64,000 bases of DNA. It comes from Bigelowiella natans CCMP2755. Taxonomy: Eukaryota > Protista > Cercozoa. Both the position numbers and the translations under genes were made by a program. The notes beneath the pieces were generated by a model, which was not told where the DNA came from, searched no databases, and saw only the letters and a list, made by a program, of their open reading frames with translations. The first letter of the stretch is position 1. Each line of letters opens with the position of its first letter. Positions 1 to 9,518 of this stretch are shown piece by piece. The DNA lies in assembly GCA_000320545.1 (NCBI GenBank), contig ADNK01000090.1, positions 1 to 64,000 of the forward strand, written 5' to 3'.

Positions 1-381
1 TGAGAAGCAAGCTGCAATCGAAGCCGTTCCTTTCGAGGTTGTGTGTAACAGGACGTTGAAACACCTGTCGTCGTAGGAGTCAGTTGACAAGAACATCACG
101 ATTCAGCTGCTGAGCACGTGACGTCCACCACTCGCAGGGAGTATCATCAATACACTATTCTTTCCGAGCATCATACCCTCCGTTCATTGGGAGAGCGCTC
201 AGAACCTCTTGGTACACCTGAAGAAGAAGAAAACGTGGAAGAAAACGCGGTTAGCGTCCGTTTATCAGCTGCAGCGACCGTGCGGGTACTTACTCCTTTG
301 TATAGCCACAGCGTGAAGACAACTAATATCTGCGCGATTGGCGCATAAATCCCCGCCTGAATTGAATTATTAGAAGATTAC

Positions 382-421
<40 letters not shown>

Positions 422-665
422 TCTGGAATCTCCTCATGTTGCCCCCTCACAAGCAGTTACCTCAACAGCAGTGAGAGCAGTTACGAACAGTAGCGACGAC
501 CTGAGAACATGACTTAATCACGAGGTATTTGATAGAGAGGTCATCAATTCATATTACAGGATATCGTTTCCACTAATAGCGGTCGCAATTAAAACCCCGA
601 GCCGATGCCTGAGACAGAATGTCAGGAAAGGTCAGTATCGGTGTATATTCACAATTATAAAGGAA

Positions 666-699
<34 letters not shown>

Positions 700-1200
700 A
701 TGCCACTCACTTGATAGACGTGCTTTTATCGATCTTCTTTTCCGTGGGTGATAGCTCCACAACCTACTCGGAGTGCACAACAAACCAGGTAGGCACATAA
801 ATTAGAACATCTAGAGGAATGGCCTCTTTATTATTTGTCAGCAGTTTCCAGCATTTTGCGCCACTCACCGCGGCTTTTGAGTTGGGATATAACGATGGAA
901 ATTTGATATGATCCTCGTCCTAAAAGATGTGCAGTCCAGCCAAAAGTCACACTCTCCGCGCCAAAGAGCATACATACACTAACATGTCTAAATAATATCT
1001 GGCTTTTCTTCTCTCGCGCAGAAGAGCCATTTTAATTCTCGGGTAAGTTCCGCTCAAAGACCTTTCCGTCTGCATGCTGACTCTGATGTAACATCGCTGA
1101 TTTCCTGCGATACAGGACCGACCCCCTCTCATTTTGATCCCCGAATGAGTTATAAGCATCTGCCTTCATCATTCCGATTGGAACCTTCATGCAGTTTAGG
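1..1200 (-). CDS. APC-superfamily amino acid permease, 5' part, multi-exon, continues past the window start; 5' boundary approximate
   Basis: Spliced minus-strand exons read LGVLIATAISGNDIL / SSLLFVTALTAVE / AGIYAPIAQILVVFTLWLYKG / VYQEVLSALPMNGG / FNVLLHTTSKGTASIAACFS with GT-AG borders. This matches the 'ATAICGNDI...EV.ALP.NGG.YN.LLNTTSK' signature of eukaryotic APC permeases. Confidence 0.8.
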
Positions 1201-1912
1201 CTGATGCCCTGACGAGGCCAGCCCCTTGTCTTCGTGCACCGGGGGGGGAGCTCGGCTTGGAAACCTCAATTCAGGCGCAAATTTGTGAATGTGTGTGCAA
1301 ATTCTCCTACGAAATAACTAAAGCAAGAGAAAAACCAATGTTATCTTACCAAATTACAGGCGATTTATCCGTTATTGGCCAAATACACAGCCCAATTCCA
1401 CTGAGAAAGTGGTCATTTTTTTTAAGATTGGATGTAGTGTGAATTATCTGTGTCTTATTTAGTATATGAACTCAAAAATCAGTTTTTTGGTCGAATTCTG
1501 ATTGTAGCAGGGACTTTTCTTTCCCCTTTTTCGATTTCGGTTGTTGTAGGAACGACGAATAAGGCTCTTAAACAATCTGCCAAAAGAATGCCTGAAATAG
1601 GTGATGTCCCGTAGATACGACAAAGTGAAACAGCTTATTCCCCTAGCGACTCCCATCCCGTAGCCTCAAACTGGGCTCCAGGAGTTGTTGTGATTGTTGC
1701 GCACGAAGACGAGCTCGGTTCCCAATTGGGCAATAAATTCTACTAAAACTTACTGAAGCGTCCGAGTGGAAGCATTTCTCGGAAATGGAGCACCACTTTC
1801 CTCTCCGCTACCGTTGATTCATGAATTTCGTTGATTTCTTCCTTGTCGCAGTAAATAAATCCACTGTGTTTCGGTTCGCTTGCGGTCGGAATAAAGGAGG
1901 CCTGCCAGAAGA

Positions 1913-3705
1913 ATGACTCCGTGGTCTGCGTCCAGACGGGTCGGGACGGCAAGCTCGACCTTTAGCCGAGGCTTTCTCCTCGCTACGATTCTGTTTTTCC
2001 ATATTGTACCGACGAATGGGATCACAATGTAAGCAAATAACTTTTTCGTAGCTCAGCGGGAAGGAAAAAAGAGGGGGGGGGGGGGGGAGGCTTGCGCCTT
2101 TCTGACCACTTGAGGATGGCACTCTTCGTATCAGATTCTGCGGGGACACTGATTGCTACGACGTGTTGAATGTTGAGCCGGATGGTACATTAATTGCGTT
2201 TATAGCATTGTAAACCATAGGATCGAATTCATTTTACTATTCTCAGCTTCTATGGCCACCATCAAGAAGGCGTTCCGGAAACTAAGCTTAAAATAGTACT
2301 CTCATCACACTGACAAATTAGCACTTGGCCCTTCTTTGGAATGACAACATCTATCATGTGAATAAATTATTTTACCCCCAGCCATCCGGACAAGTACAAA
2401 GGGGACGATGCCGCTGAAAAATTCCAGGAGATAGCAAACGCATACGAGATCCTCTCTGATGAAACAACGAGGAAGGACTACGACTACGTTAGAGGTACAA
2501 GTGTCAATACTGAGGACTTATCTTCACCGAAGTATCCATTAAGAAGATTATTTGTCGAACCCCTTGAAAAATAATGCGATGTTTATTTATCAGAAAACCC
2601 GCATGATATGTACGTCTACGCAAAGTAAGCCTCTCCCAGCTTCTTTTCCAGATTGTCAATACCCCTAATTTCCATTCTCTACTATGTTTTTGTGATTCGA
2701 TAAACAAAGATATGGAGCTTACAGGTATTATTTTATGCCGAGCTTAACTTCGCTTTCGCTGACGTAAAAGCGTGTTTCTGTCTACACAAATTCAGAATGA
2801 GGAAATTGTCTCAACGGCACAGCGTCTGGCACGTGGTCGGAATCACGATGATTCTTGCGACCTTAGCGCACTATCTTTACTGGTGGCAGGAATATCACAA
2901 GTACCGCGAATACGCCCTCAGGGACCCGAGTAAGAGCCTCACTTTATAACAGAAGACTGGAGAAATAAAGGAAAAGCCCATGTTTTCGCTTCGTTGTGAG
3001 TGTTGGGATGAGGTCTCGTAGCAAGGCACTCATCCCTCCTGATAGCAGCGTATCGTTTGAAGGTGTTTTATCTGCATGCGAAAATGGGTGTTGGTAATAG
3101 TGGTGGGGTCGCGTATGGACGCAATTCGATTAAACTATTTACTGATTTTTTCAGAGGTGCAAGTTTTAATGAAAAAGCTGGCTCAACGAAAGGCACAGGA
3201 AGCTCGGGAACAAGCAAGGGATTCGTCTGAAGCGAGCAGAAAGAGTACGTCTAAATCGTCGTCGAGGTCGACCGCGAGTAAACGGCGCAGCTCCAAGTCA
3301 AAACAATCCCCCGCACCTACTTCAAAAAGCGATCCCGATTCCAGCGAGGCCGAGCTTCCAGAGGTGGACGTATATGAAGTTGTGAACATGGTTGGGTGGC
3401 AGGGGAGAAAGCCCACGTTTTGGGACATCTTGCCGTTTCAGATCGTATACATAGCGGTGTACATCGTGCAGTCGATCTGGTTCTATTTGCGTTGGATTGT
3501 TAAGTTCAACCTTCTCGGGAAAGAGTACGGCAGGGAGGAGGAGGAATACCTAACTTACAAAACCCTAAATCTGACTTACACAAGATGGACGGAACTTTCC
3601 GAAGAGCAAAGACAAGAACTTCGCGACAAGAAACTTTGGACGAAGCTTGGCATGAAGGAGTACAGGAGAGAGATGATTCAAGCGCGACGCCGAAAAAAAT
3701 ACTAG
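1913..3705 (+). CDS. DnaJ domain protein, DNAJC25-like (signal peptide, J domain, TM), multi-exon
   Basis: Exons: MTPW...FLLATILFFHIV (signal), FCGDTDCYDVLNV, IKKAFRKLSLKY, HPDKYKGDDAAEKFQEIANAYEILSDETTRKDYDY (HPD motif). The last exon KPTFWDILPFQ...EYGREEEEYLT...LWTK resembles the DNAJC25 C-terminus. Confidence 0.88.
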
Positions 3706-4604
3706 CTCTGCTCTATTGCCAGGTAGCACTAGTCTTCTTCAGGCCGCGACTACGAATTTTCTCTCGGATAAAAATGAACGCCTGAAATGTGACGCGGAGT
3801 GGCAACCACACATACGCAGAATCTTGGGCATCTGTGTTTGCGCTGCGATCCTCGGATGGATGTGCATGTATGTATGTTGAAGAAAATTATATGTCAATAT
3901 ACTTTCAATTGACATTTTCTTGATATAGCATCCATTAATTGACTGATGCAAAGTACGTGAAAACACCGCACATTCATGAAGCATAGTTAATATTCTACAT
4001 TGATGTTGTGACAGCGTCATCAAGATGCAGTATCCTATTACCTTGATCCCGCCGTTGTTCGTTAGCATTATATATAAAATCGCGAGGCATACATGTGTGA
4101 TGACTATAGTCGCACAAAGACGATGTGTAGCATAGCCATGTCTTCTCAAACGTAGGATCAGAAATCTTAGATGATCGATGAGAAGAACAGCACGCAATGT
4201 ATACGATGCATGCAACGGCGACGCAAAATGTTGAAAATTCATCCATCTGTTCTCAAAGGATGCAACTACAGCTCAGCTCTGTTCAATTAAACTCAAAAGA
4301 GACACCTTGCTGAAGTCGATTGTCCATTGAAAGCAGGAACTATCTAGACAAAAATGCAATGCGACAGCGCACATCGATCGATCTCAACTCTAGCCGCTCA
4401 AATGCAGCAGCTGACTCAGTGTTTCATACGTATTGCCGTGCCACATGGCAGTGCTCATCACTAGTTCATGCAGTGCATCGTTATCTCACCACTTAGACAA
4501 GTGTGTTATCGCAGTTGTCTAGTGTCGTTTTTGCTTTTTATTTCAGCTTACTATCACAAAAGTGGCTTCTCGAATTCGATACATTCGCACACGGCTGTTC
4601 ATCA

Positions 4605-5393
4605 TCATTGAATTTCGAACAGTCCGCCTGAATTAGTACCTGCGGCGCTAAATTCTTCAAGAAATCGTTTTTTCCTTGCATCAGCAGAGGTGTCACTGAA
4701 CCATTCGTCGTCCCAGCTTTGCTCACCTTGGTCAGTCTGGAAGCATTCCGTGTCAGCAGTTTGCTGCTTTTTCTGTTCGTCTGCCTTTTCCAATACACTA
4801 GGCCGGGCTACAGTAGGTTTCCTTTGAACATCGTCACCAGGTTTCTTCTCTTTAGCGTCCCATACGAGCTTAGAAATTGCTTTCAAGCTTTTGTGGGTTT
4901 TCTGGGGAGAAGAGAGGTACCCGCAAGCACCGCAGCGGAGAAGCAACTTTGCTCGTTTGAGTTTCGACCCCCCGACGGTAAGATAAGTCCCGGGGTCACC
5001 ACATCGGCCACATATCACAAGAAGTTTTGTAAATTGTAAGATCCGTTCCTCAATTTCCTTTTCCTCAAAGCGTCCACCGAAAAAGACGGTGCTGGTTGCT
5101 TCTGATTTCTTGTTCTTGGCACCATTCTTTTTTGAGACCTGTCTAGAGCCATTGTTGTTCTTTTTCCGGTTCTTGACCTTTGTCCCAAGATCAATAGCAA
5201 TGTATTTCGAAAGAATACTGGAATTTCTCCTTAAATCCGTCGCTATCTGCTCAAGATTGGCCACAGCAGTCGTCGCCCCCTTCGCGTGGACCCCTACGTG
5301 CCGAACCGCAGCTCGAGGTCGCGTATATCTGTAGTGAGGGTCATCAGGGTCTCCCCCGATGTTAACCCGTTCGTTTTGTTTGTTTCGTTGCAT
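4605..5393 (-). CDS. eIF5/eIF2-beta-domain protein, eIF5-like N-terminal half without the W2 domain, intronless
   Basis: 262 aa ORF with VNIGG.PDDPHYRY.RP (eIF5 GAP arginine region), zinc ribbon CGRC...CGACG and the acidic DDEWFSDTS motif, then a stop. Confidence 0.85.
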   Translation of the reverse strand: MQRNKQNERVNIGGDPDDPHYRYTRPRAAVRHVGVHAKGATTAVANLEQIATDLRRNSSILSKYIAIDLGTKVKNRKKNNNGSRQVSKKNGAKNKKSEATSTVFFGGRFEEKEIEERILQFTKLLVICGRCGDPGTYLTVGGSKLKRAKLLLRCGACGYLSSPQKTHKSLKAISKLVWDAKEKKPGDDVQRKPTVARPSVLEKADEQKKQQTADTECFQTDQGEQSWDDEWFSDTSADARKKRFLEEFSAAGTNSGGLFEIQ

Positions 5394-5660
5394 CTTGTCT
5401 CATTCAATGGCTGCATAAGTGCCTTAGGTTTGTGTGGAGCTCTGAGCTTCTTTGGGTTTTGAGTTTTGAGTGGGGCGTAGGGCGCAGAGTACTTTTTCGC
5501 ATTCTTACGAAAACACATAGCACTTCTTTGTCGCACCCGGAAAACATCCATGTGTTTCCTGTGGAATCCACCAGAGCACCAGGAAACTTCTACGGAAAGC
5601 ATGCATGCATTTTCGGGGAACATTCGAGGATTGAAATACCGATAGTCTCCTTTCTGTTGT

Positions 5661-5685
5661 GCGACAACTCGAATTTCGTTGTCGC
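5661..5685. promoter_or_regulatory. Inverted pair GCGACAAC...GTTGTCGC, an example of the recurrent upstream motif TTCSTTGTCGC
   Basis: The same 11-mer occurs at 1839, 5675, 19108(rc), 19120, 28477(rc) and 55372, all near 5' ends of genes. Confidence 0.5.
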
Positions 5686-5815
5686 TGTGCTTTTATCGAC
5701 GAACTTTTTCCCCTGCCGTAGATGCCATCCAGAAGCCATGCCCGTGTTCCGCAAGGAGAACCGCATTGCGAGTTCCCGGGCTTTCTAATCTTTTCACGAG
5801 AAGCAAACATCGAGG

Positions 5816-5888
5816 GCCGCCATGATGTAACGGTTAAGCATGAGGGGCTTTTAACCTCTTCGTCTGGGTTCGATTCCCAGTGGTGGTG
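5816..5888 (+). tRNA. tRNA-Lys(TTT), atypical body
   Basis: Cloverleaf: acceptor GCCGCCA/TGGTGGT, D stem ATGT/GCAT, anticodon arm AGGGG-CTTTTAA-CCTCT, T arm CTGGG-TTCGATT-CCCAG. Confidence 0.8.
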
Positions 5889-5909
5889 ATAGTTTCTCAT
5901 TATCCATCC

Positions 5910-5994
5910 GCGAGTTTCCCACAGTCTGGTCAATTGGGCTCGGTTAAGGGCCGAGTGCGTTTACGCTTCGTGGGTTCAAATCCCACAGCTCGCA
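5910..5994 (+). tRNA. tRNA-Leu(AAG), long variable arm
   Basis: Acceptor GCGAGTT/AGCTCGC, anticodon arm CTCGG-TTAAGGG-CCGAG, variable arm GCGT-TT-ACGC, T arm GTGGG-TTCAAAT-CCCAC, discriminator A. Confidence 0.82.
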
Positions 5995-6006
5995 AGGACT
6001 TTCTCC

Positions 6007-6088
6007 GGCAGCGTGCCCAGGTGGGCGAGCTCTGTTGCTACCAGAGTGTGCGCGAAGTCGCACGCGAGTTCAATTCTCGTCGTTGCCT
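6007..6088 (+). tRNA. tRNA-Ser(GCT)-like, degenerate D arm
   Basis: Acceptor GGCAGCG/CGTTGCC, anticodon arm CTCTG-TTGCTAC-CAGAG, long variable stem GTGCG...CGCAC, T arm GCGAG-TTCAATT-CTCGT. Confidence 0.72.
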
Positions 6089-6102
6089 TGAACAATTCAC
6101 AC

Positions 6103-6177
6103 GCCCTGTCAACTCAGTCTGGCCAGAGTTTCCGGTTCTTGCCCGGAGAGTCGCAGGTTCAAATCCTGCACAGGGCT
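6103..6177 (+). tRNA. tRNA-Lys(CTT), possibly a pseudogene (C8, G37)
   Basis: Acceptor GCCCTGT/ACAGGGC, D stem ACTC/GAGT, anticodon arm TCCGG-TTCTTGC-CCGGA, T arm GCAGG-TTCAAAT-CCTGC. Confidence 0.75.
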
Positions 6178-6192
6178 TTTCATCGTTCATTT

Positions 6193-6277
6193 GCGAGTTT
6201 CCCATAGCCTGGTCAATTGGGCTCGGTTCAGGGCCGAGTGCGTTTACGCTTCGTGGGTTCAAATCCCACAGCTCGCA
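6193..6277 (+). tRNA. tRNA-Leu(CAG), paralog of 5910-5994
   Basis: 82 of 85 nt identical to the tRNA-Leu(AAG) copy; anticodon loop TTCAGGG. Confidence 0.82.
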
Positions 6278-6316
6278 TTTCAGCATGGTCGGGGGGTGAT
6301 GGCCCGATCATCATCA

Positions 6317-6390
6317 TTCCGTGTGGTCTAGCGGTTTTATGACTCTTGGTTCTCAACCAAGCAACCTGGGTTCGACTCCCAGCATGGAAA
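6317..6390 (+). tRNA. tRNA-Glu(CTC)
   Basis: Acceptor TTCCGTG/CATGGAA, D arm TGGTCTAGCGG..ATGAC, anticodon arm CTTGG-TTCTCAA-CCAAG, T arm CTGGG-TTCGACT-CCCAG. Confidence 0.85.
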
Positions 6391-6397
6391 CTGAGTA

Positions 6398-6429
6398 GTG
6401 ATGAAGCGAAACCTCTTCACCACCTTTTT
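6398..6429 (+). terminator. Hairpin followed by T5 at the end of the tRNA array (putative terminator)
   Basis: GTGATGAAG-cgaaacct-CTTCACCAC stem (one mismatch), then cTTTTT, starting 7 nt after tRNA-Glu. Confidence 0.45.
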
Positions 6430-8100
6430 GTTCCTCAATGTTGATCAAGAGCTCACAAGGAGAAGAGGCCAGAGCCCCACCATGCATGCACTATGCACAG
6501 AGGGCTCTGGTCGTGTGCCTCGAGTCACAGAGTGTGTTCATGTGAAAGGATTCATCAGTGCACGTGCACTCTTTCATGACTCCACGTGCACTACAAATGA
6601 TCCCTGGCACAGCGAAATGATCAATGATGTGACTTGTGCACACGGCCAGAACCCCACTGCAGAAATCACTGCGTGCACATGTCATGCACAGAGGGCTCTG
6701 GCACGGAATGGCAGAGGCAGCAATGTCGAAGCTGACCAGGGTCAACTCGTTGCAATGACAACGTGGGATCCAACATGAGTGGGCGGCCGTGGGGTGGTGC
6801 CAAGGTGATCGCAATGGCAATGCACGGGCTTTTGACATGGGGACACATGTGTCCCCATGCGTGTACGCGTGAGAAACACATGTACCCATGCACACCACAT
6901 GCACTGAAAAGCACACATGCTCTGTTCACATCCACACATGCACCTGTCACATGTGTAGCTATGGGTGCATGTGAATCACGTGATGTGCACATGTCGTAGA
7001 CGGCTTGCACGCATGGGGACATGTGTGTCCCTGTGTTGACGCGATGCACAGATGATGATGCACATGTCACAGACCCAATGCATGTGCATGGACTCATGAG
7101 TCTCTGTGGTGCCCATGTCTAGATGTTTGGGATCACGACACGTGCAGACGTGCACGCACTTGCAATGCATGTGAACGTCGCGTCTGCGCAACAACAAAGA
7201 AACTGCACAGCGGTTTCAACACGTTGCATCGCTTGACATGGCATTCGATGTGTTTTGTGCACATGGACATGACACGTGTCACACGTTTCTGTGTGACATG
7301 CCTGCAGTCAAATGCACGTGGTGCACGCAATGCTCATCAACGTGGCGGATCGTTCATCCGACTGCCAATGCTGTGCAAAATTCAAATGGAACTTTGTGCG
7401 CGGTGACAATGCACTGCTAGATCTGGAGATTGAAGCGTGACGCGATGAATCAATCAAGCAGTGGCACGGCATTTTTTTTTTTTTTTTCACCACCACATCG
7501 TGCAACATCGTGTGTGCTGCACGTGCACCAGTGCAGTCGATCCAAGAGCTAGCTCTGGAGCTAGCAGTGCACGTTGCCATCAAATTGCCAGTTTGCTAGC
7601 TGCTTTGATGCGATGCGAGTCTCAGGCCTTCAACGCAGACACCATGCGTGATGCAAGCCAAGAGAGTGGTTTCAACACACTTTGCCTAGCTGTCGCGTGC
7701 TGTGTGCCGTGTGTGTCCGCACTTGTTCATTGTGCAATGCACGTGGCTGTGCACGTGTCGTGTCTGGGTGTGGCCATTCCCGCAGCCGCTTTGTTGCACA
7801 CTCACAAACACCACAAACGGTAAATGTGCGTTGTGTCCACTTGTGTTCATTGTCGATCCACGTGATGCAGGCTAGCCATGTTTGCGTGCAACCAAAAGTG
7901 ATGCGAAAACGTTGCGTCAACACTGCCAGCTGGCACGGCCTGACAGAGGGCGGCAAGTTGTGCCAGTCAATTGGGCGATTCTCCGGCTAGTCTAGTGGTG
8001 TCCTCCCATCTGCTACGAATTAACTCCTCTGCAATTGCCTCTGGCTTTGCAGAGCATCACGGCGACGTGACAACCCGAACAATGAACAATGAACAATGAA
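6400..8100. other. TpA-depleted, TG/CA-rich non-coding tract
   Basis: Manual count for 6541-7140: about 7 TA versus about 23 CG in 600 nt. The remaining TA are nearly all in CTAG/GTAC/GTAG/CTAC. Confidence 0.85.
6833..7038. mobile_element. MITE-like relic with 33-bp imperfect terminal inverted repeats
   Basis: 6833-6865 versus the reverse complement of 7006-7038: 26 of 33 identical; all mismatches are TG/CA or TA/CA. Confidence 0.45.
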
Positions 8101-8726
8101 CAAGATGAAGAACCCGATGCCGTGCGACAAGCAAAAAGGAAGGGCGGTTGTATTCACTTTTTCGTGTGATGTAGCTGCCGGTTTGCCGAAAACCAAGGTC
8201 TTTTTTTAATAATCTTTGGTCTGCGGTTAACGGCTGAAAGGCTTCCCGCGACCGTTTCCGATTTTAGCGACTGGGACAAAGACGTTTGAAATGGACAGAA
8301 TGAAGGCCATTTCCAATATTTTGGCCTGATTCCGCGAAAGCGTTGAGATACTGGATCTTTTGAAAGTTGCAACGGTACACTACTTTCACTAGCGACGCCC
8401 CCCCCCTGGCGAGCGCTGCATATATAGATTTTGTGAAAAAGAACCTCCGTGAGGATCTTTACGTCACACTACAATGTATTTATGCTGACTATGAAATAGA
8501 ACCCGCTTTATGTTATGTAGCCATAGATATAGTGTAGTAGATCGGGGGGCAACGAAACCTTAGCTGCAAGCCTTTTGACGATATGGAAGCAGCACTCTTT
8601 ATCGAAAGAATCAACTTCAGAGCATCTATTTCCCGAAACTTTACGACACCCTCTATTTTCTCGATTTCTAACAATTTCATCTGTAAGCAACGTCGTGAAC
8701 TCAACATTATCTTGTCTCACAGACCA

Positions 8727-9518
8727 ATGAAGCGTTGCAATGCAGGGGGGAAGGTCAGGGGTCCATCGGCGCGAACACGAAGTCCATTAGCATCGCTAAA
8801 CCCAAATGTTAATGTTAATTCGAAGGATGCGGCTCGTCCCAACATTAAAAAGAGGAAGCTCGCAGCAGAAGTATCTTCCACGGCATGCCCGTCACCAAAA
8901 TTCTCTCTGAGGAAGAGATCGAAGCAGGAAGTTGGTAGAAGGAGAAGAGACGAGGAAAACATGATGTCGCCTCGACGTTCCTTCATAGCCTCTTCATCAT
9001 CGACCCCGCGCAATCTCAAGAAGGCATCCATAGGAAGAGAAACAAAGGCCAGCAGCCATGAGTCCGACAATAAACTCGGTGTGGAGAACATAGCCTCCAC
9101 CTCTTCTTTCCTAGAACAAACTCCGACATGCAAAGCTAACCCACGATCTAAGACAACATGCAAGAAGGATCTTCTGCTCCAATCTGCAAGCGCAAAGAGG
9201 AGGATACGTGCAGTAAGATTGTCCGAGAGTCTCCCGAGCAGCAGTAGCGGTAATAATAGTATCTTCTCTAGCACATCAGACACAAAGCACAGCAACATGA
9301 ACGGAGAACGAGGAACCCACCCTTGTGAAAAGTCAGGGGGGAAAGAAAAGGAGGAAGAGGAGAGTAACTACGGTGGAAAGGATGACGATGAGGGAGACGA
9401 GTCATCAGACTCAGATATCGGTGATCTATGTGGTGATTTTCGAAGGGTAACTTTCGTGAGAATGAACCTAGATTTAGCCAACGTCCAAAGACCCATTGCT
9501 AGGCCGGCGTGCAGATGA
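8727..9518 (+). CDS. Hypothetical Ser/Lys/Arg-rich disordered protein with an acidic C-terminal patch
   Basis: Open frame 8583-9518; likely start MKRCNAGG at 8727 just after an acceptor-like ctcacag. Contains RSPLASLNPN (D-box-like), KKRK (NLS-like) and SP/TP sites. Confidence 0.6.
   Translation: MKRCNAGGKVRGPSARTRSPLASLNPNVNVNSKDAARPNIKKRKLAAEVSSTACPSPKFSLRKRSKQEVGRRRRDEENMMSPRRSFIASSSSTPRNLKKASIGRETKASSHESDNKLGVENIASTSSFLEQTPTCKANPRSKTTCKKDLLLQSASAKRRIRAVRLSESLPSSSSGNNSIFSSTSDTKHSNMNGERGTHPCEKSGGKEKEEEESNYGGKDDDEGDESSDSDIGDLCGDFRRVTFVRMNLDLANVQRPIARPACR

Noticed and set aside
5880-6299. 139-aa ORF and its antisense ORFs
   Set aside because: They overlap the tRNA cloverleaves and have no protein signature.
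6391-6415. Hammerhead or C/D snoRNA-like words (CTGA, GTGATGA, CGAAAC)
   Set aside because: The required stems and a downstream D box are not evident; a simple hairpin plus T5 explains the segment.
6398-7990. Many overlapping Cys/His/Met/Val-rich ORFs on both strands (also at 35766-37013 and 55521-56426)
   Set aside because: Artefact of TpA loss: TAA/TAG stops disappear and TGC/CAT/ATG/GTG codons dominate. There are no domain motifs.
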